Source: Bigelowiella natans CCMP2755 (lineage: Eukaryota > Protista > Cercozoa). From it: a stretch of DNA of 64,000 nt. The translations under genes and the position numbers were made by a program. Where the stretch lies: NCBI GenBank assembly GCA_000320545.1, contig ADNK01003501.1, positions 12,887-76,886 on the forward strand, written 5' to 3'. The notes below the pieces were generated by a model that saw only the letters and a program-made list of their open reading frames with translations, was not told the origin of the DNA and made no database searches. Shown piece after piece: positions 52,380-62,359 of the stretch (within the stretch, counting starts at the first letter, position 1; each line of letters opens with the position of its first letter).

Positions 52380-55300
52380 ATGGATCAAGGGAACTTATTT
52401 GGGTCTCAGGAGGAGACAAGTGACCATGTTGGGGAAGCTGAGGGCAAAGGGACCGAGATAGGAAATTCGGAAGTTTCGACGGGAGGCTATGGGCTTCGGG
52501 ATGGCATCCCGGTGGCTCAGCCCGTGGCTTCTGAGCGAAAGTATAAGCTTGGAACGGGCGCCCGGTCTTCCCTGACTATGGAGGAAGTTCTGGAGCAGTT
52601 TGGGGACTTAGGTGTTTACGATGCCCGAAGAGTTGCAAAATTTGTTTTGCACTGCGACGGGATCGATAAGGGCGTTGATAACTTGGTTAAAATGGTAGCT
52701 AATGACCCAGAGTCCAGAGAGTTTGTATTTTATCGTTGTGTGGATAAAGGGGTAACTGTACGTACTTGGGCCTACATGCTCAAGAAGTGTAGGGACCCGG
52801 ATTATGCTCCGCCAGGCATGGCGGAGCCGATGGAGCGGAAGGCTAGGCTGCAGCCTTCGGTCAGGGATATTACGGGTGCTATCGATTCGTTTCGACGGCA
52901 CTGCCCTATTAAAGGCAAGCTGTGTGTGGCTACTATGAGCCCGGCACAGTTCCGTAGGAAAGCTCGTGGGCTTTATAATGAAATTAAAGCACACGCTGCT
53001 CTGGTCGGTCAAGCCGACTTGGGGTTTGGTTATAAATATTTCCAGACGTGCTTATCCTCTCATACGCTTGAGAGGCTACGTCGGGAAGCAGTAAGGAACC
53101 GGTATGCCTCCGAGAGCCCGGAGGACCAGTTTGAAATGGCCCTGGAGCATCTCTGCGATGAGGAGGATAAGGAAAAGCTTCAGCGGGACTTCGAGGATAA
53201 GCTCGACTTTCTCCGGCGGAAGCGGTATCATTACGTGGACGTGATACACCGGCAGTTTAGCGAGCTTCTTCTAGAGTTTGCTGGGCTACGTTTTAGTCAT
53301 ACTAACAAGCTGCGATACTTCCGGCGCTTGTTGGTAGGGCATCGGTTATATGATAGGTTCATCGCGCCACTCAACGGGTTTCGCCCGTATGATGTGGATG
53401 AGCTTGTTAAGTTCTTGAGGCCACTGGAGGAGAGCTATTATAAATTTACGGCTCACCCTCTCCATGCTAATGCCTCTACGGTTACAGGACCCGCTGTGCA
53501 ACGCGAATGCGTGCATTTTAAGCGCGGGAAGTGTAAATATGGCGATAAGTGCAAATTTTTGCATATCAAGCAAAATGTACAAAGTAAGAAGGTTTCTAAG
53601 AAGTATACGCCTGAGCAACTTTCTAGGATGAAAACCCAGGACTGTAGGCTTTTCCAGAAAGTTAAATGCCATTATGGAGATAAGTGTAAGTTTCTCCATA
53701 ATGCTGGGAGTTTAAAACCTGTTGGAGGGGCACCTGTCGGTTTAGCCTCTCATACCTGTGAGGAATCAGCCGATGCTCCCAAGCAGAATATGGAAGCATC
53801 GCTCCTACAGGTTAATTCCCAGTCACTTCCTAACTTAATAAAGGAAAGTGAGCGTCGTCACTACGAACGAGACCCAAGTTTGAGGTCTCGGAAGAAAGTT
53901 AAATGCTTCCTACAGGCGGATGACGGCGCCGTTGCAGTACTTGGATTAATCGACGATGGCGCTCAACCTACTACCATTTCAGAGGCTCTATACCAAAAGT
54001 TAAAGTCCTCTGGTGTTAGGTTTGGATATAGGCCGATGGTAGGTGAGGTGGGTGGCCTTAATTCATCGATTAAAAATAAAATTCTGCGGGAGGTCGATTT
54101 TACCGTCCAGATTAAAAAATACAAGAAGCATGGAGCATATGTTAAACTCCGTATTTGTGCTCTGGTATTATCTGGACCGGTCTCGCAGGACTTCGTATTG
54201 GGAATAGGTACCCTTAACATGAATGGCATTAATTCTGTTAAGGATCCTGACCCTGTAAAGCGAGTTGTCACCATTAATGGTGAAATCGTAAATTCATACC
54301 CCTGCAGCGTCGACGTGCTTTCGGCGACTGTCGTTACAGTTATGGGGATGGATATGCCTCCGATGGCGGCAGCTCCCGGCGAGATTTGTAGTATGGATAC
54401 AAATGCCGTGGGAGAATTGCCGGGGGAGGAGGAGGTGTCGTCTGTAGTTCGAAAAGAACTACGTAATACAGTGGATCATGATTTCGTAAATAATCATGAT
54501 GATATAATTAAAGCACAGGATTTGCCTGATATCGATGTTAAATCGATGGCAAATCCCATCGAATCTGATGGAGTGCTTCTCCAGCGGTTATCCAGTATTG
54601 TACCGTTGTCGGAGTTTGGCGACCAGCGTGAGGTTGCTAACTCAGACTTGGTAAGCGGGCACGTGCTGGACATGCTTGATCGCCTGGAGCGCGAGATGGT
54701 TACGAAGGAGAGCTTGCTGCCTGGTTTACAGCAATTCTATTATCTTCGTACTATCATATGCCGCTTCCGGAAGTATTTTGTGATAAAACTACCGGAGGTG
54801 GGCAAGTATAAATTACGGGAACCGCATGATATTAAGCGATGGCTGAAGCCGGGCTGCAAGCCGGTTCGCCAGCGGCCTTATCATTTGGAGCCGAATAAAC
54901 TTAAGCTTATGAAGCTCAAGCTCGACCAAATGGTAAGTGATGGGTTATGTTATAAGGTAACAAATAATACTTCAGAGTGGGCGTCGCCAGCTTTCTGTGT
55001 ATATGACAAAGGAAAAGCATTACCACGCGTCGTGGTGGCGATGGGCCGCCTGAATAAGCTCGTGGAGCTTATGTATGCTGTTTGCCCTGTAACTCGGGAT
55101 ACAGTAAGAAAATTAATGAATGCTCAATGGGTTATAGTCTCTGATAGTAAAGCTGCATGGAGACAGCTTGGTATGACCGAGTTTACAAAATTGGTATTTG
55201 TATTCGTTACTCTTTTCGCGTCATTCGCGAGCGAGGGCCTACCGATGGGGTACAAGAATGCTCCTCAAGTATGGGTCGAGGAAATGGCTACAAGGTTCCT

Positions 55301-57818
55301 TGTTGGGATACCAGATACTGTTATGCACTTCGACGACTTCTTTACTATAGGCCAGTCGCCGATGCAAGCGCTTGTAGGTTTCGCTAAATTTATGCAACAG
55401 TGTGAAAAATATAACAATTATCAAAGTGCTACTAAATTGCATATTTTTCCAAAGCGACTTGCGGCAGTAGGTTTGATCAAGGAGGCGAAGACGCACTACC
55501 CAGATCCTAAGCGTACGATTGCTATAGACAAGCTAGAGCGTCCAATAAAGGGGAGGCGGTTCTTAAGGCATGTGCGCCGTCTTATTGGTTTATTCATTTA
55601 TTATTTGGAATACATGAAAGGCTTCTGGCAGATCGCTGCGCCAATCAAGGATTTGCTTATGCAGGGAGCTGCTCAAGTATGGACGGATAAGCATGATAAA
55701 GCTTTGGATACATTAAAAGGCATGCTAAAGAAGGCGGTATTGTATGTGCCTGATTATGAAGCTATATCTATAAGCCAACCCTTCATCCTTGACACTGACG
55801 CGTCTGATGTTGCGGGAGGTGCTACGCTTTCCCAGGTAATTGGAGGGAGCGAGCGTTTACTGGCTTGCTACTCGTTCGCTTGGAAAACGAACGAGAGAAG
55901 CTGGCATATTGTACGTAAAGAGCTTACGGCTGGGGCGAAGGGGCTTTACAGGTTCCAGCATATTACGAAAGGCTGCCCGATTTTGATTCGCATGGATGCG
56001 AAAACGGCTCGTTATTTCGCTCTCCATGGAATGGATAAAATGCAGCTGCCTTATACAAGATTAAGTGCAGCATACTCTGGATATCCGCTGGTGGATATCC
56101 AATATAGAAAGGGGGAAAAGCACACTAATGTGGACCCTTTCTCGCGGCCAGACGCCGACGAAACGCGCGACGAAAGAAAGTCGCATCGTCAGTCGTTGGC
56201 CTCTCTTTTCCCGATGCATGCGGAGGCGGCGAAGCAGGAGGAAAAGCTGGTGGAGTCTGTAGCTTCTCTCTCCTCTTGCTTAGCTAATGAGACGATGATT
56301 GACTATAATGTCCCTCATCTCTCTGTTTATTCTGTAGAGTTACAGCCTTGGGCGTGCTGTGCTACAGAGGTCCAGATATCGACGACGCTGTCTAATATTA
56401 ATTTGGAGCAGCAGCGTCCCGATTTTAAGAAAATTATCGATGCTCTCGAGGACGAGAAGAATGCTAATCATCTTCTCGTTTCCTCTAAATATAAAATAGC
56501 TTCTGGTAAGCTATATCACATGGGCTCCTTCCAAATTGGAGGAGATATACCGCTGCAACTCTGTGTACCTTCTGATAAACGACAGGAGGTGTTGCAGGCG
56601 TATCATGTGGATAATATGGCGAATCATCGTAATGCTGATGATCTCGCAAAGAAGATTCTACGCGGCTATTACTGGGTTGGAGTCCAGAAAGCCTGCCGTA
56701 GATTTGTAAGGCAGTGTCAGGTCTGCATACGTACTAAAACGCGTATGAAGCAGGCGCCTTACTTACAGCATGGCGACCGGGAAATTAATGGCACGATTGC
56801 AGTGGATACAATCGGCCCTGTCGACGGCGCTAAGCATTACATACAGACGCTCTGCGTTATGGCTATTGGTTATATATATACAAGGGCGGTGAAGCGTATT
56901 AGCTCAGCGCGTACGGCGGATTTTATCATGTCGTATATACTAAAACACGGATGCCCAAAGCAAATTATTATTGACCAAGGGCCAGAGAACGTGGGTAAAA
57001 TTATGCAGCATTTACAAAATCGGCTGCGGCTTAAATTTATCAAGATATCTGCTAAAAATAGCCAGGGAAACTCAGTATTAGAGCGGAAGCATCGACCTAT
57101 TAATAATGGGATTATGGCGATGCTCCTGCAAAATGTTGAGGATCGGCACAACTGGCATAAATATTTGGAGATGATAACATTTAGTGTGAATACCACAATC
57201 GATAAGTGTGGTTATTCCCCGGCTCACCTCATGTTCGGATATCAGCCAAAGTTCGTGGCTGATATGGAGAGCAAGTCGGTGGCGGCTCCAGGGACCGGGG
57301 ACCTCGATAAGAGGATCCAAGATCTGGAAAAGATGCGGCTGTTGTATGCTACTATGAAAGAGGATTATAAATTAGTGAAAAATTTCACGAGGAACGAGAA
57401 GCTTAATACTCAAGACGAATATAAAGTAGGGGATATGGTGTGGCTTTTCCGCAAGGAAAATCGTAAAGAAAATGCTGTTACGAAAAAATATGAAATTAAA
57501 AAGACTGGCCCTGTGACTATCGTGGCCAGGAGTAGCAGATCCCATACCTATCAAATTATTGACCCGAAAACGGGGTATAATAATAATGTACACGCGAAAC
57601 ATCTTTCGCCTTATGGTACATTTACCCCGTTACCAGAAGTGCGCCCGGTAGCTCCAGATGTAGAGGAGAAATTTGCTGCCGACGAGAATGAGGCTTCGGA
57701 TGGTTCCTCAGACTCGTCGGATTCCCAGGGGCCTTCTGGTAACCGAATTTCGCGGGATAACATCGTCCGGGGTAAACGTAATAGGAGACCGGCGGATATA
57801 GGTCCGTATATTTCGTAG
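52380..57818 (+). CDS. Gag-Pol polyprotein (1812 aa): gag with two CCCH zinc fingers, aspartic protease, RT, RNase H, integrase
   Basis: CVHFKRGKCKYGDKCKFLH and CRLFQKVKCHYGDKCKFLH; LIDDGA; WASPAF, LPMGYKNAP, HFDD; FILDTDASD; integrase H..H..YYW..CQVC, IAVDTIGP, IDQGPE, LERKH. PR-RT-RH-IN order is Ty3/Gypsy. Confidence 0.95.
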   Translation: MDQGNLFGSQEETSDHVGEAEGKGTEIGNSEVSTGGYGLRDGIPVAQPVASERKYKLGTGARSSLTMEEVLEQFGDLGVYDARRVAKFVLHCDGIDKGVDNLVKMVANDPESREFVFYRCVDKGVTVRTWAYMLKKCRDPDYAPPGMAEPMERKARLQPSVRDITGAIDSFRRHCPIKGKLCVATMSPAQFRRKARGLYNEIKAHAALVGQADLGFGYKYFQTCLSSHTLERLRREAVRNRYASESPEDQFEMALEHLCDEEDKEKLQRDFEDKLDFLRRKRYHYVDVIHRQFSELLLEFAGLRFSHTNKLRYFRRLLVGHRLYDRFIAPLNGFRPYDVDELVKFLRPLEESYYKFTAHPLHANASTVTGPAVQRECVHFKRGKCKYGDKCKFLHIKQNVQSKKVSKKYTPEQLSRMKTQDCRLFQKVKCHYGDKCKFLHNAGSLKPVGGAPVGLASHTCEESADAPKQNMEASLLQVNSQSLPNLIKESERRHYERDPSLRSRKKVKCFLQADDGAVAVLGLIDDGAQPTTISEALYQKLKSSGVRFGYRPMVGEVGGLNSSIKNKILREVDFTVQIKKYKKHGAYVKLRICALVLSGPVSQDFVLGIGTLNMNGINSVKDPDPVKRVVTINGEIVNSYPCSVDVLSATVVTVMGMDMPPMAAAPGEICSMDTNAVGELPGEEEVSSVVRKELRNTVDHDFVNNHDDIIKAQDLPDIDVKSMANPIESDGVLLQRLSSIVPLSEFGDQREVANSDLVSGHVLDMLDRLEREMVTKESLLPGLQQFYYLRTIICRFRKYFVIKLPEVGKYKLREPHDIKRWLKPGCKPVRQRPYHLEPNKLKLMKLKLDQMVSDGLCYKVTNNTSEWASPAFCVYDKGKALPRVVVAMGRLNKLVELMYAVCPVTRDTVRKLMNAQWVIVSDSKAAWRQLGMTEFTKLVFVFVTLFASFASEGLPMGYKNAPQVWVEEMATRFLVGIPDTVMHFDDFFTIGQSPMQALVGFAKFMQQCEKYNNYQSATKLHIFPKRLAAVGLIKEAKTHYPDPKRTIAIDKLERPIKGRRFLRHVRRLIGLFIYYLEYMKGFWQIAAPIKDLLMQGAAQVWTDKHDKALDTLKGMLKKAVLYVPDYEAISISQPFILDTDASDVAGGATLSQVIGGSERLLACYSFAWKTNERSWHIVRKELTAGAKGLYRFQHITKGCPILIRMDAKTARYFALHGMDKMQLPYTRLSAAYSGYPLVDIQYRKGEKHTNVDPFSRPDADETRDERKSHRQSLASLFPMHAEAAKQEEKLVESVASLSSCLANETMIDYNVPHLSVYSVELQPWACCATEVQISTTLSNINLEQQRPDFKKIIDALEDEKNANHLLVSSKYKIASGKLYHMGSFQIGGDIPLQLCVPSDKRQEVLQAYHVDNMANHRNADDLAKKILRGYYWVGVQKACRRFVRQCQVCIRTKTRMKQAPYLQHGDREINGTIAVDTIGPVDGAKHYIQTLCVMAIGYIYTRAVKRISSARTADFIMSYILKHGCPKQIIIDQGPENVGKIMQHLQNRLRLKFIKISAKNSQGNSVLERKHRPINNGIMAMLLQNVEDRHNWHKYLEMITFSVNTTIDKCGYSPAHLMFGYQPKFVADMESKSVAAPGTGDLDKRIQDLEKMRLLYATMKEDYKLVKNFTRNEKLNTQDEYKVGDMVWLFRKENRKENAVTKKYEIKKTGPVTIVARSSRSHTYQIIDPKTGYNNNVHAKHLSPYGTFTPLPEVRPVAPDVEEKFAADENEASDGSSDSSDSQGPSGNRISRDNIVRGKRNRRPADIGPYIS

Positions 57819-58602
57819 ATTTTGTATTTTCGCAAATATATGCTACTGTATAAATAAATTGGTGGCGGTGCAGTTGGTGCAAAATTTTTCTTTTCTTCCC
57901 TTTTCTTCTAATTTTCTTCTAGCACGCGTGATCCTACTCATATGTTGTTATTATTGAGTTAGGGGTGCAAAAATTGGGGGGGGGGGGGTAGTGTGGTCAG
58001 TTTGCGACCACCAAATGCATGTAAGCGCGCATGTACATGCATAGCATAAATGGTAGTGCATGCTGTGCTTTATTATATCTTACATTTGCATGTGAGCATG
58101 TTTATATAGGTTCAGGCTATCGTTCCTGTGCCTTAGTTAGTCATATAGGGGCATGTAACGTGAGTTACATGCCCGGAAATACAGTTATAGGAGGGGGCAC
58201 GTGCAACTGGGAACATCCTTCTCGGTTGTTTCCCCAACCGTGGATGTTCCTAGGAGCACCCTCGGTATTTTACTTACGACATGGAGTCGGCCTACGTATT
58301 GTAATATTATAGGGGAAAATGGCCTACATTTTCCCTAATATTTTGGGCAACTGCTGCTGCGTAGCATGTTGCTGCTGGGGACGCTGTGTGCCCAGCACAT
58401 GATGTGTATTGGCGCGCAACGCGCTAGTTTAGCACACTCTAAAAGACCCGCAAGCAAGCGGTAAGCTTTCTCCTTTGGTAGTTTGCTCATGCATGCTCAT
58501 GTCATGTTATCTATTCAACAGGGTTTTAGTTTTGTGGATTTAAAGCATTGTAAAAGCATACATTGCACAGTTGTGTTGTTAGCGCTGCGCAATACAACTA
58601 CA

Positions 58603-60599
58603 GAGCTGACCTCCTCCACCTCAGGCAATGCTCTGAAGCGTCCCAGAGGACTGAGGCACTTCGCGTGCGCCGCTGCCAGTGCAATTGTCCCTCTGAACAA
58701 ACCAATGCCTTTCTTCTTCTCCTCAGGGTCGGATCCTCTTCATGGGGCTTCGACATCGACTCCGCCAACTCAGCCAGATTCACCGCAGTGAGCTCCAGGG
58801 AGAGCTCATCCCAGGTGACATCTTTCTCTTTCTTTGCGGGATTGGGATTGGGTTCATCCTTGGCTGCCTTGCACTGCACATCCCCCGCATCTGTTCCAAG
58901 GGATTTTCCTCCATTGGGTTTCCAATCTTTCTTTTCTCCTGGCAGCTCCTTTGCATGCCTGCATTTGCATCCATCTCCGAATCTGCAAGTTCCCTTTTTG
59001 CAAAAGAAGCGACATGCGGGTTTTCCCTCGTGCTTCTTGTGACAATCTTTCCCCTTCTTGCATCTTCCCATGAGACGTTCCGTGCGTGTGCTGCTCACCT
59101 CCCATTTCTTTTTCTGTGCGCACGGAGCTTTGGGGAGGAAGCTCTCAGCTGGCATCTTTTCTCTTTGCCGCAAGAAACTCACCATGCTGTCGTGATCCCC
59201 ATTGAAGCTCACGTCCAACACAGCCAACTGCAATTCCTTTGCAAACCTGTGTTTCTTGAGTGGCCTTTCGAAGTCCAACTCTGGTCTTCGAAGTCCGGTT
59301 TCATTCCCGGAAACCAGCTGCGCAACCTCACGCAACTGCCACTCATTGAATCCACAAACTTGTGGTTTTTCCTTTCCAATCTGCGGAATTCATCCTCGTG
59401 ATTCCTCCGGAATTTGCTTTCCGTTGTCTCGTCGCACAAGTATCTCACAGCTTCGTTCAGCCTCTCCTCATGGTCAGGTTCTTCTCCCAGCTCCTCTCCA
59501 AAGTGATCATCTGTGCGCTTCCTCGCTGCCAAGGAGAGAGAAGCTCTGAAGCAATTGCAACCCCATTCCATTGAAGTGCCCAGTGGTTGCACGTGTCCTT
59601 TCATTTCACTCTCCAAGTCTCCAGCCATCCTTCGAAAGTTGGCAGTGTGAGTCTTGGCCGGATCAAGCGACTGCGCTTTCACCTTCATGGATTTGCCAAA
59701 GGATTCCAACGCCTTTGCTTTTTGACTCATTTTTCTGTCGTCCACCACTTCTGGACCATTCACCGACGTGGTTTCCGACTCCGATGCTTCCACTGCTGCA
59801 TCCATGTCTTCCGGATGAGCTGGGAACCATTCCCATGCCTCTTCCGCAATCCCTTTCTTTTTGAACCTTTTGCAGAAGAACGTCCTGCTTTCTTTGTTGT
59901 CACTTGATGTTGCCGTCTCTCTTTCCATGTCCACTTTTGAACCCTCCTGAGCTGCCCCCGCTCGCAACAATTTGCGGAACACTTCGTCCGACAGCACGCT
60001 CACCCTCGTTTCTGATCTTGCTTGCCCCTGCAAGCTCTCCAACGAACTGCCACGCACTTTCTCCTCCGTCGTTCCGTCCGCAGGCTCTGACCTCATCCCG
60101 TCAGCAGAGCCTGACCTCCTTGTGTTTCTCGTGTTCATGCCTCTTTTCATCCTCTCGTTGCTGCGCCGCTGCCAGTGTGATTGTCCCTCTGCGCCGCGCT
60201 TGCGCCCGCAACACGTCGCGCAATGTCGGAACAATCAACGGAAAACACAAACCGGCGCCGTCGCCGGTGTGATTCCTGCCCAGTCTCAACAATTGCGAAT
60301 GCCAGAACTCCGTCTGAAACATCAACCGATCAGGCAACACCACCTCGACGCTGTCTTGCCTCTCCCTGCCTCGCACCGACACCTCCCCAGGGTCGCTGCT
60401 TGCTCTTCGTCCTCTTCGTGTCTCTGCCTCTGCTTCCTTTCGGCCCACCGCCGATTGGTTCAATTGCGGAGGTGTGATTGCCGTTTGCCAACTGCAATCC
60501 CCTCCGTTTGCTGGACTCAATTTGACACGGAGGTGATCCCCTCCGCTCGCTTCCCTCTGTGTCGATTGAACGGAGGCAATCCCCTCCCTGTTGACCACT
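58603..60599 (-). mobile_element. Family B LTR-element remnant (related CCCH-gag lineage), internally deleted and TpA-depleted
   Basis: LTR end ..ACAATCACA at 60176 followed by PBS TGGCAGCGG; gag (NFRRMAGDLE..GCNCFRASLS; CRFFCKKGTCRFGDGCKCRH; HEEDPTLRRRRK) homologous to family A; integrase tail HAKCLSPLG..LPEV. LTR start near 60599 is tentative. Confidence 0.75.
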
Positions 60600-60673
60600 T
60601 GTCAATGATGACAATGCACTTGCTGCTCCTGTCGCAGCCCCCTTTGGCAACCAACTTGTTGCCCCCGCACCAT

Positions 60674-60925
60674 TGCGACAACCGCTTGTCGTGACAACGA
60701 CCATTGCGACAACCGCTTGTCGCAATGTGATGACAATGACACTGACAATGATGATGACCGCAACGACAACCGCTCGTCGCAAGGCCGGTCACGCCGCTCG
60801 TCGCAAAGCCGGTTGCGTCCCAAGCGCCCCCTGCCAACGGGCCGCTGAACAGGCGCCAGTGTGGGCGCCAATGTTGCCAAACAGGCGCCAATGTGGGCGC
60901 CAATGTGACAACAATGGGCGCCCAT
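60674..60925. repeat. Short imperfect tandem repeats (gcgacaaccgcttgtcg; ggcgccaatgtg)
   Basis: Several copies of each unit are visible. Confidence 0.7.
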
Positions 60926-60945
60926 GAGCGCCACGCTGTGTCCGC

Positions 60946-62359
60946 ATGTCCGCCGCAACCAGGCGCGACATGCATGCACGTGTGCATCAGGATGATGTGC
61001 AACTGCAGTCAGTCAAGGCACACATGCAATCCCTCGATGACACAAAGACAGACACGTTCGCGAAAGCAGCATCAGAAGCGAACAACAAGGAAACATCCAA
61101 CGATCAAAGTGAAACAAAAGGATCGCTCAACACGATGAACAGGCATGGTGCACCCGAAACAGTGACATGCTTCAAAACCAACGAAAAGAGATGCGGGTGG
61201 TGCAAGGGGAAGGATTGTTGCACATCCAGGTGCCCCAGGAAAGCACGTGGCTCACCCGAAACCACTTGGAAACGACTTGAAGACATCGAGAAAAAGAGGA
61301 AAGAGAGAAGAGACAAACAGAAAGGTGCTCACCCAAGATCAAGACGGGGACGACTCCACAACGTCAAGGCCAACGAGGTGCTCGCGGGCCTGCTCAAGCA
61401 TCTCCGCGGGGAAGGCTCTGCGAATGCTGCTCCCCAGAAAACAACAAACTCCGGGTTGACTCGAGATGAAATCGCCCAGCTTCAAAGCACATTGGGATCG
61501 CAGAGTGGCGATCAAGGCCTGTCCTCAGAAGAAATCGCCCAAGTTGTTGGATGCAATGACGCCTCCGAACAGATCCGCGATCTTGAAATGCCGACGGCTT
61601 CCGAAGGCAATGAAGGCCTCAAGATCTCCATGGCGAGGGCAAAGATGAACAATCGCAAGGTCACCGCACTTTTGGATTCTGGTTCAATTCCCCCAAGTTG
61701 TGTTGCAACAAAGAAGGTGCAAGAGCTCGGCCTTTCAGGAAAAGTGAATGTCCACAGGTCAGATCACGGGACGGCAAAGAAGGGCGGCGGCTTCTCCTCC
61801 ACAGGCACCCTTGAGACCGACGTGAACATCCCCGGTGCGACCGTGCGCCTCCCAGCCAAGCTGTGTGTCACCGGGGACGTGTCAACAAACTGCATCCTGG
61901 GGTCCGATTTCCTTCACGCGCACAAGGCGATTGTTTCGTGCCATCATGGGAAAACGTTCTTCCCGCGCCATGAAGCCGAGGGGAAGATGGCACACCTGCC
62001 CATGCTGCCCATTGGAAAGTGGAAAGAATCAGCGAACACGTCGTCCACCGACTTCGAACGCAACCTGCCCACGCCTGAGGAATGTCAGGAACGTTGTCCG
62101 AACAAGAACCTGCGCCAAGTCGCTGATTTGCTCGAGCGTGCGCCAGCTTCTGACGACTGGTCTGTGGAGGAGGGTGGAAGGCATGTCCAGGCATTGTCAA
62201 AACGAAAATGCAAAAACATCACTGTGCCCAGAAAAGGACCTTCACCTGACATTGATCCAGTGCGCATGGAGCTCAAGGAGGGACACGAAAACGATGTCGT
62301 GCACGTGCCCGAGCCATCGAGACCACAAGTGGACCATGAGAAGATGCGGTGGCAGGTTC
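60946..62359 (+). mobile_element. Family C Gypsy-like gag-protease fragment, TpA-depleted, truncated by A3
   Basis: Degenerate zinc knuckle CGWCKGKDCCTSRC; protease ALLDSGS ... ILGSDFL; pre-RT linker. No Tyr in the 472-aa ORF. Confidence 0.8.

Larger units (their letters stand above)
51742..58602 (+). mobile_element. Ty3/Gypsy-type LTR retrotransposon, young intact copy A2
   Basis: 611-bp LTRs at 51742-52352 and 57992-58602 (TG..CA; I found one difference); PBS; single gag-pol ORF; G13 PPT at 57976-57988. Flanks GTTGC and GAGCT do not form a TSD. Confidence 0.96.

Noticed and set aside
52380-57818. Classical RIP (CpA->TpA) acting on A2 instead of TpA loss in A1
   Set aside because: A2 keeps 1812 stop-free codons with many Gln/Trp codons and canonical Tyr motifs. 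RIP would have created TAA/TAG stops.
36990-62359. Alternative genetic code, or many real overlapping genes in the ORF-dense zones
   Set aside because: Host genes and A2 end in TAG/TAA normally. The ORF density follows from loss of TA-containing stops.
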